The translations under genes and the position numbers were made by a program. A stretch of DNA of 64,000 nucleotides from Dendrobates tinctorius (Eukaryota), in contig NW_027361982.1 of NCBI RefSeq assembly GCF_039654945.1, positions 930,001 through 994,000 on the forward strand, given 5' to 3'. Shown piece by piece: positions 1 to 11,820 of this stretch (positions are counted from its first letter, which is position 1; each line of letters starts with the position of its first letter). The notes beneath the pieces were generated by a model that was given only the letters and a program-made list of their open reading frames with translations, did no database searches and was not told the DNA's origin.

Positions 1-737
1 ACTTTTTTTTTACGGATCAATTTGTGAAGCACCTGGGGGTTAAAAGTGCTCACTATGCATCTAAGTTCCTTGGAGGGTCTAGTTTCCAAAATGGGGTCAC
101 TTGTGGGGGAGCTCCAATGTTTAGGCACACAGGGGCTCTCCAAACGTGACATGGCAACCGCTAAATATTCCAGCATATTTCCCATTCATAAAGTCAAATG
201 GCGCTCCTTCCCTTCTGAGCCCTGACGTGCGCCCAAACAGCGGTTTATGATCACATATGAGGTATCGGTGTACTTAGGAGAAATTGCCCAACAAAGTTTA
301 GGATCCATTTTATCCTGTTGCCCATGTGAAAATGAAAAAATTGAGGCTAAAAGAAATTTTTTGTGGCAAAAAAAGTACTTTTTTTTTTACGGATCAATTT
401 GTGAAGCACCTGGGGGTTAAAAGTGCTCACTATGCATCTAGTGAGCACTTTTAACCAGGGGAAGAGTCTTGAGGAGATCATTTGCATATTCCCAGTGCCT
501 TCTGGGATAAGTGAAGAGTCTCCGCGAGCTCAACGATCACTGGGTTTTGGCCGTTGCAGCTGAAAAGAGGAAATCGGAAAACCAGGGGAAGAGTCTTGAG
601 GAGATCATTTGCATATTCCCAGTGCCTTCTGGGATAAGTGAAGAGTCTCCGCGAGCTCAACGATCACTGGGTTTTGGCCGTTGCAGCTGAAAAGAGTAAT
701 TTTGGCTCATCTTTCGTCGTTTTTAAGAAATCTCAAG

Positions 738-1700
738 ATGGAAGAGGCCAGGAGTCATTTGGTGAGCTGCATTTCTTGCTACATGTTCACAGACTTACCA
801 GTGGAAAAGCCAAACTTCACATGCCACAAATGCAAGCTTGTGTCCCTGTTGGAGGAAAAGTTGCAAAGTCTCGAAGAGAGGTTAGCTACGTTGAAGATCA
901 TTAAGGAAGGTGAAGAGTTCTTGGACAGAGCAGAATTATCTCTTCATGTTACAGAAAGAGAAGAAATTCGAAGTGCACCTGAAGAAACAGAGGAATGGAG
1001 ACATGTGACCCAGAGAAGCAGGAGGATCAGGAGGCAGTCAGCACCCATACTGCTCAGGAACCAGTACCAGGCTCTCACGCAGGAAAACGATGAAGAAATA
1101 CATCAGGATAAGTCTTTGCCAACAAACAGCAACCTTGTACGCCTTCAGAGTCCTCCTGGATGGAGAAAGAAAAATGTTGTGAAGAAGAAACGGAGAGTGG
1201 TGGTCATGGGGGATTCCCTGTTGAGAGGAACAGAGGCCGCTATCTGCAGACCGGATATAACTTCAAGAGAAATGTGCTGTCTTCCAGGTGCAAAAATTAA
1301 AGATGTGTCTGACAGGATATCAGGACTCTTCAGACCTACAGATGACTACCCATTCCTGCTACTACATGTGGGGACAAATGACACCGCAAGAAACGACCTG
1401 GAAACCATCTGCAGAGACTTTGAAGACTTAGGCAAGAAAGTGAAAGAACTGGGAGCGCAGGTGGTCTTCTCTTCCATCCTCCCAGTGGATGGCCATGGAA
1501 CAAGGAGGTGGAATAAGATTCTGCAGGTGAACAACTGGCTACGTCGATGGTGCCGTCAGCAACGATTTGGATTTCTGGATCACGGAGTGAATTACTTTTA
1601 CGATGGACTACTTGCTAGAGATGGGGTGCACCTTACGAAGACTGGAAAGCATGTATTTGGAAGTCGCCTTGCTAAACTTGTAAGGAGAGCTTTAAACTAG
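738..1700 (+). CDS. CR1 ORF1p: zinc finger, coiled coil and SGNH/GDSL esterase-like domain
   Basis: ATG at 738 (MEEARSHL). CxxC...CxxC motif, heptad-like LEEKLQSLEERLATL, and SGNH blocks GDSLLRG, HVGTND and DGVH. Confidence 0.9.
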   Translation: MEEARSHLVSCISCYMFTDLPVEKPNFTCHKCKLVSLLEEKLQSLEERLATLKIIKEGEEFLDRAELSLHVTEREEIRSAPEETEEWRHVTQRSRRIRRQSAPILLRNQYQALTQENDEEIHQDKSLPTNSNLVRLQSPPGWRKKNVVKKKRRVVVMGDSLLRGTEAAICRPDITSREMCCLPGAKIKDVSDRISGLFRPTDDYPFLLLHVGTNDTARNDLETICRDFEDLGKKVKELGAQVVFSSILPVDGHGTRRWNKILQVNNWLRRWCRQQRFGFLDHGVNYFYDGLLARDGVHLTKTGKHVFGSRLAKLVRRALN

Positions 1701-1849
1701 AACAACATGGGAAGGGAAGCAAAAGACCAGAAAAAGCCATACACCTGACAAATGGTATTGAGAACTCTGCTATTAGAAGTGGAAAGGAAGAACAAAGATA
1801 AAAGAATCTAATTAATAAAAATATTGGAGAAAGAGAAACCAATCACAAA

Positions 1850-4611
1850 CTAAAATGTTTCTATACTAATGCACAAAGCATGGGCAACAAACAAGGAGAA
1901 TTGGAACTACTAACACAGGAAAAGAAATATGATGTCATCGGAATCACTGAAACTTGGTGGGACAATACACATGATTGGAATACAAGACTAGAAGGATACA
2001 ACTTATTTGCAAGAAACAGACTTGATAAACGAGGAGGGGGTGTCGCATTGTATGTTAGAAACGCGTATATCTGCACAGAGATTGAAGCTTCAGTGACTGG
2101 GAGTTCTGTGGAAACTGTTTGGGTAAGAATACAAGGACAGAACAATGGAAAGGACACCATTGTAGGCATTTACTACAGGCCGCCTGTGCAAGCTGAAGAT
2201 ATGGATGAACTCTTTATGCATCAAATGGCCAAGTTCTCCAAAAAATATGACATAGTTGTCATGGGAGATTTCAACTATCCAGACATTTGTTGGGAATCTC
2301 TCTCAGGCAAAACTAACAGGTCAAGGAAATTCTTATCCTCTCTTGCTGACAACTTTATCTTCCAAAAGGTAGGGGAGAAAACAAGGGGAACTGCTACCTT
2401 GGATCTAATCCTTATAAACAGGGAGGAAATGGTTGAGGAGGTAAAAGTGGCTGGGACCTTAGGAGGTAGCGACCATGCTATTTTAGAATTTTGGATAACT
2501 AGAGGCGGAAGACCTGTGAAGACTCAGACGTCAAGGTTAGATTTCAGAAAGGCAGATTTTAAGGGATTCAGAAAGAGAATTGGAGGGATCCAATGGCTGG
2601 ATATCCTTAAAGACAAAAATGTCCAGGAAGGATGGGAAATCTTGAAAAATGAAATTCTCAAAGCACAGTTGTTAACAATTCCGAAAAGAGGGAAGAATAG
2701 GAAGCATTTAAGGAAACCAGGATGGATGAACACAGAACTTAAGCACATGCTAAAAAGGAAGAAAGAAATGTTTATAAAATGGAAAGAGGGAGGCATATCT
2801 AAAGAAGAATATAATGCTGTCTGCAGAACCTGCAGGGCACAAATCAGACTACTAAAGCTGAAAATGAATTGAGGCTTGCAAGAGATGTCAAAAGCAATAA
2901 TAAAGGATTTTGGGGATATGTCAAAAGTAAAAGAAAAGTCAAAGATGCTATAGGATTTTTACAGGATGAAAATGATGAAATGGTAAGACAGGATGTTGAG
3001 AAGGCTGAACTTTTAAATTCCTATTTTGCATCTGTTTTCTCTCAGAAAGGAAATGTAACATAAACTGTTCCTCACTGTCCTATTAAGGGAATAGAAGAAT
3101 CCAGGATATCTATAAACAGGAAGATAGTGAGGAAACACTTAGCTAACCTAAATGAATTCAAGTCTCCAGGTCCAGATGAATTACACCCCAGAGTACTGAA
3201 GGAGATAGCAGAAGAAATTTTTGAACCCCTCTCCATAATCTTTGAAAATTCTTGGAGAACAGGAGAAGTGCCAGAAGACAGGAGAAGAGCAAATGTTGTT
3301 CCTATCTTCAAAAAGGGGAAGAAGGTGGACCCAGGCAACTATAGGCCGGTGAGTCTGACTTCTATACCAGGAAAGATCTTTGAACAAATTATTAAACAAC
3401 ATGTATGTCAATACCTGGATAAGAATGAAGTGATTAAACAGAGTCAGCATGGGTTTGTAACTAATAAGTCTTGTCAGACTAACTTAATTTCCTTCTACGA
3501 CGGTATCACTGATTGGGTGGATCAAGGAAATGCTGTAGATATAGTATATCTTGACTTCAGCAAAGCATTTGACAAAGTCTCTCATACAATCCTTATTGAA
3601 AAAATGACTAAGTATGGAATGGACAAGGCAACTGATAGGTGGATTCATAACTGGCTTAGTGATCGGACCCAAAGAGTGGTCGTAAATGGCTGCACATCCA
3701 GTTGGAAGAATGTCTCAAGTGGGGTACCACAGGGCTCTGTCCTGGGCCCTGTATTGTTCAAGATCTTTATCAACGATTTAGATGAAGGAATTGAGGGTAA
3801 ACTGGTTAAATTTGCTGATGACACTAAGCTAGGAGGGATAGCTAATACTAGAGAAGAGAGAGAGAGGATTCAAAAAGATTTAAATAAACTGGAGCAGTGG
3901 GCAGCAACTAACAGAATGGTTTTTAACAGGGAGAAATGCAAAGTACTACATCTGGGCAATAAAAATGAAAAAAGCATATACAGAATGGGAGGAATAGGGC
4001 TAAGTGACAGCACATGTGAAAAAGACTTGGGTATACTAATAGATCACAGACTGAATATGAGTTAACAGTGTGATGCAGCAGCAAAAAAGGCAAATGCAAT
4101 TCTAGGATGTATTAACAGAAGCATACAGTCTAGATCACGTGAAGTCATTATTTCCCTCTACTCCTCTTTGGTCAGACCTCATCTGGAATATTGTGTCCAG
4201 TTTTGGGCACCACATTTTAAAAAAGACATCAACAAACTGGAGCAAGTTCAGAAAAGAGCGACCAGAATGGTGACCGGTCTGCAAACCCTGTCTTATGAGG
4301 AAAGGTTGCAGGATTTGGGAATGTTTAGTTTGCATAAGAGAAGTCTGAGAGGAGACTTAATAGCTGTCTACAAATATCTAAAGGGCTGTCACATTGTAGA
4401 AGGATCAACTTTATTCTCATTTGCACAAGGAAAGACTAGAAGCAATGGGATGAAACTGAATGGGAGGAGACACAGATTAGATATTAGAAAAAACTTTTTG
4501 ACAGTTAGAGTGATCAATGAGTGGAACAGGCTGCCACGAGAAGTGGTGAGTTCTCCTTCAATGGAAGTCTTCAAACAGAGGCTGGACAGACATCTGACTG
4601 GGATGATTTAG
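1850..4611 (+). pseudogene. CR1 ORF2 (APE endonuclease + reverse transcriptase), disrupted
   Basis: Motifs [41 protein letters not shown] and FADD. Frameshift near 2850 and in-frame TAA stops at 3061 and 4063. Confidence 0.92.
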
Positions 4612-5442
4612 CGAATCCTGCTTTGAGCAGGGGGTTGGACCAGATGGCCCAGGAGGTCCCTTCCAACTCTACGATTCTATGATTCTATGATTCTAGATAA
4701 GTTCCTTGGAGGGTCTAGTTTCCAAAATGGGGTCACTTGTTGGGGAGCTCCAATGTTTAGGCACACAGTGACTCTCCAAACGTGACATGGCAACCGCTAA
4801 ATATTCCAGCATATTTCCCATTCAAAAAGTCAAATGGCGCTCCTTCCCTTCTGAGCCCTGACGTGCGCCCAGACAGCGGTTTATGACCACATATGAGGTA
4901 TCGGTGTACTCAGGAGAAATTGCCCAACAAAGTTTAGGATACATTTTATCCTGTTACCCATGTGAAAATGAAAAAATTGATGCTAAAATAAAATTTTTGT
5001 TGGAAAAATTAAAATGTCCATTTTTTCCTTCCATGTTGCTTTAGTTCCTGTGAAGCACCTGAAGGGTTAATAATCTTCTTGAATGTGGTTTTGAGTACCT
5101 TTAGGGGTGCAGTTTTTAGAATGGTGTCACTTTTGGGTATTTTCTGCCATATAGACCCCTCAAAATGACTTGAAATGTCAGGTGGTCCCTAAAAAAAATG
5201 GTTTTGTAAATTTTGTTGTGAAAATGAGAAATCGCTGGTCAGCTTTTAACCCTTATAACTTCCTAACAAAAAAAAATTTTGTTTCCAAAATTGTGCTGAT
5301 GTAAAGTAGACATGTGGGAAATGTTATTTATTAACTATTTTGTGTCACATAACTCTGGTTTAACAGAATAAAAACTCAAAATTTGGAAATTGCGACATTT
5401 TCAACATTTTTGCCAAATTTCCATTTTTTCACAAATAAACGC

Positions 5443-5837
5443 ATCTGGAGGAAAGAAGGTTTAAGCATACTCACAGACGCGGATTCTTTACTGTAAGAGC
5501 AGTGAGACTATGGAACTCTCTGCCATATGATGTTGTAATGAGTGATTCCCTAATAAAATTTAAGAAGGGTCTGGATGCCTTTCTTGAAAAGTATAATATT
5601 ACAGGGTATATACACTAGTTTCCTTAATATTGCGTTGATCCAGGGATCTAGTCTGATTGCTGTATGTGGAGTCGGGAAGGAATTTTTTTTCCCCAATGTG
5701 AAGCTTACTGTTTGCCACATGGGTTTTTTTTTCACTTCCTCTGGATCAACATGTTAGGGCAAGTTAGGATAGGATATGGGTTGAACTAGATGGACTTAAA
5801 GTCTCCCTTCAACCTTAATAACTATGTTACTATGTTA
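5443..5837 (+). mobile_element. 5'-truncated CR1 3' fragment (second subfamily)
   Basis: Encodes an ORF2 C-terminus ([14 protein letters not shown]) and ends in an (ACTATGTT)n tail. Confidence 0.8.
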
Positions 5838-8139
5838 AATATTATCGACCTAAATTTACCACTAACATGAAGCCCAATATGTCACGAAAAAAACAGTCTC
5901 AGAATCGCTAGGATCCGTTGAAGCGTTCCAGTTATTACCTCATAAAGGGACAGAATTGCAAAAAATGGCCACGTCATTAAGGTCAAAATAGGCTGGGTCA
6001 TGAAGGGGTTAAAATTATAGACTGTTCATGTCTTTGTCAGTGGGCAAACTTACAAAGTCAACAAGGGATCCAATACTTATTTCCCCCATTGTATGTGCCT
6101 GTACAGTACTGCTTCCATACGGCGAGACTCAGGAGGGACAGAGCACAGATTTTGCTAGAATAGCTTGCGGACTCCATATACTGAGCCCCTAATTGCTAGA
6201 AGAGTAGAATCCCCCCTCAAGTGATCCCCATTTAGGACATTAAACCCCTTTGGGAATTTATCTACAGGTGTAGTGACAATTTTGACTCCATGGGTGTTTT
6301 CCAGAAATAAGCACCAGTGGATGTTGCTGAGTAAGGCCTGTTTCACACTTCAGTTTTTTGTTTCAGCTAAAATCCGCCAAAAAGGCGGAAAGCGGATCCG
6401 TTCCTAACTGATGTGAATGGATGCCACCGGATCCGTTTTTTTGACGGATCCGCCGAATGTAGAATTTTAAAGGAACCGCTGCCCGGGAAGGAGAGAGAGA
6501 GAATTTTTTTTTTCTGTTCGCCAGAAATTATTTCAGGGTTAAATTTCCTTCTGACTTCATTCCTCCTGGCATGCGCTCTATAAAAATGCGGATCCTGCAG
6601 TAAAAAAAACGTTACATGGTCCGTCCAGGCATCTCAGTGGGCTGTCTTCGCTACAGAAATGCCAAACATGTGGATGCTAAATGTGGTTTAGGTATACTGG
6701 GGCTCAGAAGGGAGGGGGGCATTTGGATTTGGGGGTGCAGAATTTGCTGAATTTCTTTTGCGGAGAAGGAGCTATAGCCCTTTTCCAGAGCCTTTATACT
6801 ACCAGTAACGTGGAAGCCCCCCATATTTCCGTTAACAGATGATAAATCTGAGGGAGGGTTGCTTTTTTGTGGATTGATTTGAAACTTTTATTGGGAACAT
6901 TTCACATAATATTTAGGATCACATTCATCCTGCTTCTACGCTGAGCACCTACATCAGGGTTTATATCTAAATCTCCAAGTGACCTGATTCAGATGAAACT
7001 TCTGAGGGATCCATTCACTATAATGTGGCAGCAGAGTTACTCTAGACTCCATCTGGCCTTTGTTCAGCGATGTCCTTCTTTTCAGAGGTACACAAAACTG
7101 TGGTTGACCGCTCCTGCACACCTAAAAAGATGGTCAGCACCGGATCATAGGCAGCCATACGGTTTCCACAGAGCCTCCATCTGCCTCATTATGGGGAATC
7201 TTCACCAGGGGTTTTGTCTGAATCACGTTTTTCAGAGATTTACATGGAAACTCCGGAGTAAGCACTCAGCGCAGAGCGCAGGATAAATGTGAGCCGAGCC
7301 TTACTGCGATCTTTGGGAGGCAGGTGAAGAATTGTTTTTGGTTTTTTTTTTACACCGTGCCTCGTGCGGTATAAGAGATTATACTACTTTATTCTTCAGG
7401 TCTGCGATTACAGTGATTTATAGCTTTTTTATATTTGGCTGCTATCACACACTATAAAATGCTTTTTTATTGCAAAGCATTGCCATATTTATTGCTATAA
7501 TTTTTTGATATTTTGGCTGAGAAACATGAATTTTTTGTGGGACGAGTTGATGTTTTTATTGGCACCATTTTCGGGCATAACTTTTTTTATTGCTTTCTAT
7601 TCAGATTTTTGGGAGGCAGAATGAACAAAAACCAGGAATTCAGGAATTATTTTTTGTGTTTTTATTTAATGACATTTCGCGTGTGGTAAAATTGATAAGG
7701 CAGTTTTATTCTTTAGGTCAATATGATTGCAGTGATGCCACATTTATATTTTAATATGTTTTGGTGCTTTTACACAATAAAAACTATTTTATAGTAAAAA
7801 TAATTATTTTTGCATCGCTTTATTCTGAGAGCGATAACTTTTTTCCTGCTAACGGAGCTGTATGGTGGCTTGTTTTTTTTGCAGTGCAAGATTGCATTTT
7901 CAGAGATTTTATTTAGATTGATCTTTTTGATCGCGTTTTATTCCACTTTTGGTTCAGCAGTATCATGATAAAGCGTAGTTTTCATTGGATTCATATTTTT
8001 TTTCTTCATTTTGTGATTTTTAAAAAAATATTTTTACAATTTATTGACTTTTTTACATTGTCCAAGGGTGGGACATCAACTTCAAACTGACAGATAGCTG
8101 TCCTAATACTCTGCAATGCTTCTGAAGTCCAACCTTAAA

Positions 8140-8468
8140 GTCTGAGTTCTTGCTAGTCTGCCTCATCTTGGAATCCAAAATTTGAGGATAGTATGATCGC
8201 TGACTCCTAAATTTCGAGCAACTTTTATTTCCGCATCAATTTCCCCCCTGTTGGTAAGAATTAGTTAGAAGACTGCAGATCCTCTTGTTCTCGCTTTCAT
8301 CTTTTGAAAGATAAAGTTGTCAGCGAGAGAAGATAAGAATTTTCTGGTCCCATTACTTTTGCCTGAGAGAGATTCCCAACAAATATTTGTATAGTTAAAA
8401 TCTCCCATAAGCACTATGTTGTATGTTTTCGAGAACAGAGATATCTGATGTAAAAGAGTTGATCCGTA
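8140..8468 (-). mobile_element. CR1 endonuclease-domain fragment truncated at the hAT left end
   Basis: The minus-strand translation YNIVLMGDFNYTNICWESLSGKSNGTRKFLSSLADNFIFQK closely matches the CR1 ORF2 at ~2250-2370. Confidence 0.8.
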
Positions 8469-9365
8469 CAGACCCGGATTTAGGGGGGGGCCCAAGGGGC
8501 CCGGGCCCTGGGCCACCCACCAAGTGGGAGCCTCCCACCAATATAGGGATAAATATCTCAAAACATGTAAAATACACGTCTTTCTTTGCTGTGAACCGTT
8601 TCTAAAGATAAGAAACAAAAGAGAAACTATTGAAAGTGTAGGGACCTGGCTACGGTCCTACATCTCAGTGGCTGGCGCAGAGCGGCAGAGTCATGGCACC
8701 TGCGTCAGCATCCACTGACCTGGCTAGCCAGACTTCCTTAGTATCTGTACCTAATGCTTAGCTTATGGCATGCGGCAGCCTTCTCCGATCCCAACAGAAG
8801 CTTCTAGGCGCGCCGCGCTACCTATTCAGCTATATCGCTCCCTCGGATTAGACCAGATGAGAGTTTGTTCGGTTCAGCGACCTTCGAGGAAGGAGGCGGA
8901 GCCAGGATGTCAGCGCGAGAAGAGGATTCTCCACCGCGGAGCGCAGCAGGACTTCACTCTGGATCTTCAGTCACTGAAGATCCAGAGTGAAGTGGTTCAG
9001 TCTTCACAGTGTCACGGTGGGTGAGTATGATCTCTGTGTGTGTGTATCTTTCTTGCAGCTCCTGTCCTACACAGTACTATACTGTATATACAGGTCCACA
9101 CTATATCCTGCATTACAGTGTGTCTGTGTATACTGTATGTATATAGTGTGGACCTGTTTACAGTATAGTGCTGTGTATACACTTTATACAGCCCCTCAGC
9201 CTCTATTCTATATACAGTCAGCACAGCAACAGCCTCTGGTATATACAGCCAGGTAAAGAGCCTCTGATATATACAGCCTGGCAGCCCCTCATATATATAT
9301 ATACAGCCCACTAGCCCAGCAGCAGCTTCTAATATATACAGCCCAGCAGCAGCCCCTCATATATA

Positions 9366-10586
9366 CACTCACTGGCCACTTTATTAGGTACACCTGTCCA
9401 ACTGTGTGTTAAGACTTAATTTCTAATCAGCCAATCACATGGCGGCAACTCAGTGCATTTAGGCATGTAGACATGGTCAAGACAATCTCCTGCAGTTCAA
9501 ACCGAGCATCAGTATGGGGAAGAAAGGTGATTTGAGTGCCTTTGAACGTGGCATGATTGTTGGTGCCAGAAGGGCTGGTCTGAGAATTTCAGAAACTGCT
9601 GATCTACTGGGATTTTCACGCACAACCATCTCTAGGGTTTACAGAGAATGGTCCGAAAAAGAAAAAAAATCCAGTGAGCGGCAGTTCTGTGGCCGGAAAT
9701 GCCATGTTGATGCCAGAGGTCAGAGGAGAATGGGCAGACTGGTTCGAGCTGATAGAAAGGCAACAGTGACTCAAATTGCCACCCGTTACAACCAAGGTAG
9801 GCAGAAGAGCATCTCTGAACGCACAGTGCGTCGAACTTTGAGGCAGATGGGCTACAGCAGCAGAAGACCACACTGGGTACCACTCCTCTCAGCTAAGAAC
9901 AGGAAACTGAGGCTAAAATTTGCACAAGCTCATCGAAATTGGACAGTAGAAGATTGGAAAAACGTTGCCTGGTCTGATGAGTCTCGATTTCTGCTGCGAC
10001 ATTCGGATGGTAGGGTCAGAATTTGGCGTAAACAACATGAAAGCATGGATCCATCCTGCCTTGTATCAACGGTTCAGGCTGGTGGTGGTGGTGTCATGGT
10101 GTGGGGAATTTTTTCTGGGCACTCTTTGGGCCCCTTGGTACCAATTGAGCATCGTTGCAACGCCACAGCCTACCTGAGTATTGTTGCTGACCATGTCCAT
10201 CCCTTTATGACCACAATGTACCCAACATCTGATGGCTACTTTCAGCAGGATAATGCGCCATGTCATAAAGCTCGAATCATCTCAGATTGGTTTCTTGAAC
10301 ATGACAATGCGTTTACTGTACTCAAATGGCCTCCTCAGTCACCAGATCTCAATCCAATAGAGCATCTTTGGGATGTGGTGGAACGGGAGATTCGCATCAG
10401 GGATGTGCAGCCGACAAATCTGCGCCAACTGTGTGATGCCATCATGTCAATATGGTCCAAAATCTCTGAGGAATGCTTCCAGCACCTTGTTGAATCTCTG
10501 CCACGAAGAATTGAGGCAGTTCTGAAGGCAAAAGGGGGTCCAACCCCTTACTAGCATGGTGTACCTAATAAAGTGGCCAGTGAGTG
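9366..10586 (+). mobile_element. Intact Tc1/mariner DD36E (Incomer-type) transposon, 1221 bp
   Basis: Perfect 29-bp TIRs CACTCACTGGCCACTTTATTAGGTACACC, TA target duplication at 9364-65 and 10587-88, and a single uninterrupted ORF. Confidence 0.95.
9514..10554 (+). CDS. Tc1-family transposase, 346 aa, DD36E
   Basis: N-terminal HTH region, then WSDESRF, FQQDNAP and [11 protein letters not shown]. There are 36 residues between the second D and the E. Confidence 0.95.
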   Translation: MGKKGDLSAFERGMIVGARRAGLRISETADLLGFSRTTISRVYREWSEKEKKSSERQFCGRKCHVDARGQRRMGRLVRADRKATVTQIATRYNQGRQKSISERTVRRTLRQMGYSSRRPHWVPLLSAKNRKLRLKFAQAHRNWTVEDWKNVAWSDESRFLLRHSDGRVRIWRKQHESMDPSCLVSTVQAGGGGVMVWGIFSGHSLGPLVPIEHRCNATAYLSIVADHVHPFMTTMYPTSDGYFQQDNAPCHKARIISDWFLEHDNAFTVLKWPPQSPDLNPIEHLWDVVEREIRIRDVQPTNLRQLCDAIMSIWSKISEECFQHLVESLPRRIEAVLKAKGGPTPY

Positions 10587-10848
10587 TATATATACAGTTC
10601 AGCAGAAGCCTCTCATACATATACAGCCCAGCAAAAGCCTCTCATGCATATACAGCCCAGCAGAAGCCTCTCATACATATAGAGCTCAGCAGCAGCCTCT
10701 GACATATAGAGCCCCGCAGCAGTCTTTGATATAGACAGCCCAAATTTCTACAATATACATACATACATATGCACATTTTTTAATCTTTATTTCCCGTTCA
10801 TGACTTCAAGGGTTGACAAGGTCATTTTGTTACTTTTAGATTACCATC

Positions 10849-11820
10849 ATGGACAATCGTGAAGGAGATAGGCACAGACATCGCACAAGAATTTGGGAGT
10901 CTGGGGCTTCTAAAAGACGTAAGGCAAAAAAAGCAACAATGAAATCAATAGAAGAGATAGTGAAGACAACAACAAAATTGGACAAGTTCTTCACTGTTCA
11001 TTCAAGGCAAGTGTCAGAAAGGAGTAATTACCTTGTAGAATCTGATCAACCTGACAATGCTTCAGTGGAAATGGTTGCTGATCCTGGCAAAGAAAAGGCT
11101 GAAGTAGTAATGTGTACAACTGAAGAACACAAAGAAAAGGAGACTGCTAGTCCCACATCTTATGAAGAAGGTGAAGTTGAGGGCCCACGAGGGGGCGATG
11201 ACATTGGACTTTGGCCATCCATTATTTCGGAACAGATGCGAGATTATTGGCTGAAAAGGGGTGTATCAACAATCCAGCACTGTGATGAAAGTTTGTTCAT
11301 TGCACACTCAGTTCAGCAACCTAGAAAGGACTGCAATATTCCAAGGATGTGCACACTTGGGCTTTTCCGCCGTCAAAATGATAATGGAGAAGTCATAACG
11401 AGTTGGTTATGCTTCTCTCCCTCTAAAGGACGCATATACTGCTTCACGTGCAGATTGATGTGCTTTATTACAGCATCTGAGACTTCTCAGCTTTCGTCTA
11501 ATGGATTCTGTGATTGGAAACATTCACAAGAAAGTATAAAAAGTCATGAGCAGTCAGCGGAACATCTGAACTCTACAATTGCTTCGAATATGAGGTTAAA
11601 AGCGATCGGGCGAATTGATACGGAGCTAACACAACAGGTGGAGGCTCAGGAGCATTATTGGAGGTCAGGTCAGTATTGAAACGAGTAGTAAATGTTATTC
11701 AGTTTACTGCCGAGTGTGGCTTAGCATTTAGAGGAGATAACGAATTGGTTGGATCAAATGGAAACTTTCTGGGCATTCTTGAACGCATCGCCCAGTACGA
11801 CGACTTTCTTGCACAGCATA
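10849..11820 (+). pseudogene. hAT transposase N-terminal part (TTF-type zinc finger, DUF4371-like start), frameshifted
   Basis: WLCFSPSKGRIYCFTCRL...GFCDWK...HEQSAEH, then LAFRGD...GNFLGIL in another frame. Interrupted by an LTR at 11821. Confidence 0.85.

Larger units (their letters stand above)
453..4696 (+). mobile_element. Near full-length CR1 LINE (ORF1 intact, ORF2 disrupted)
   Basis: Tandem 5'UTR units, an esterase ORF1, an APE endonuclease plus RT ORF2, and a 3' (ATTCTATG)n tail at ~4674-4695. The host repeat resumes after a shared TCTAG. Confidence 0.95.
1..6012. mobile_element. Non-autonomous DNA element with ~380-bp internal tandem units, ending AAGGGG-TTAA (piggyBac-like end); interrupted by CR1 insertions; left end outside window
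   Basis: The unit containing GGGTCTAGTTTCCAAAATGGGGTCACTTGT recurs at ~76 and ~4712. The block at 1-62 repeats at ~377-440. The terminus reads 'tgaaggggttaa' at 6001-6012. Closely related sequence occurs at 51.9-53.9 kb. Confidence 0.6.
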
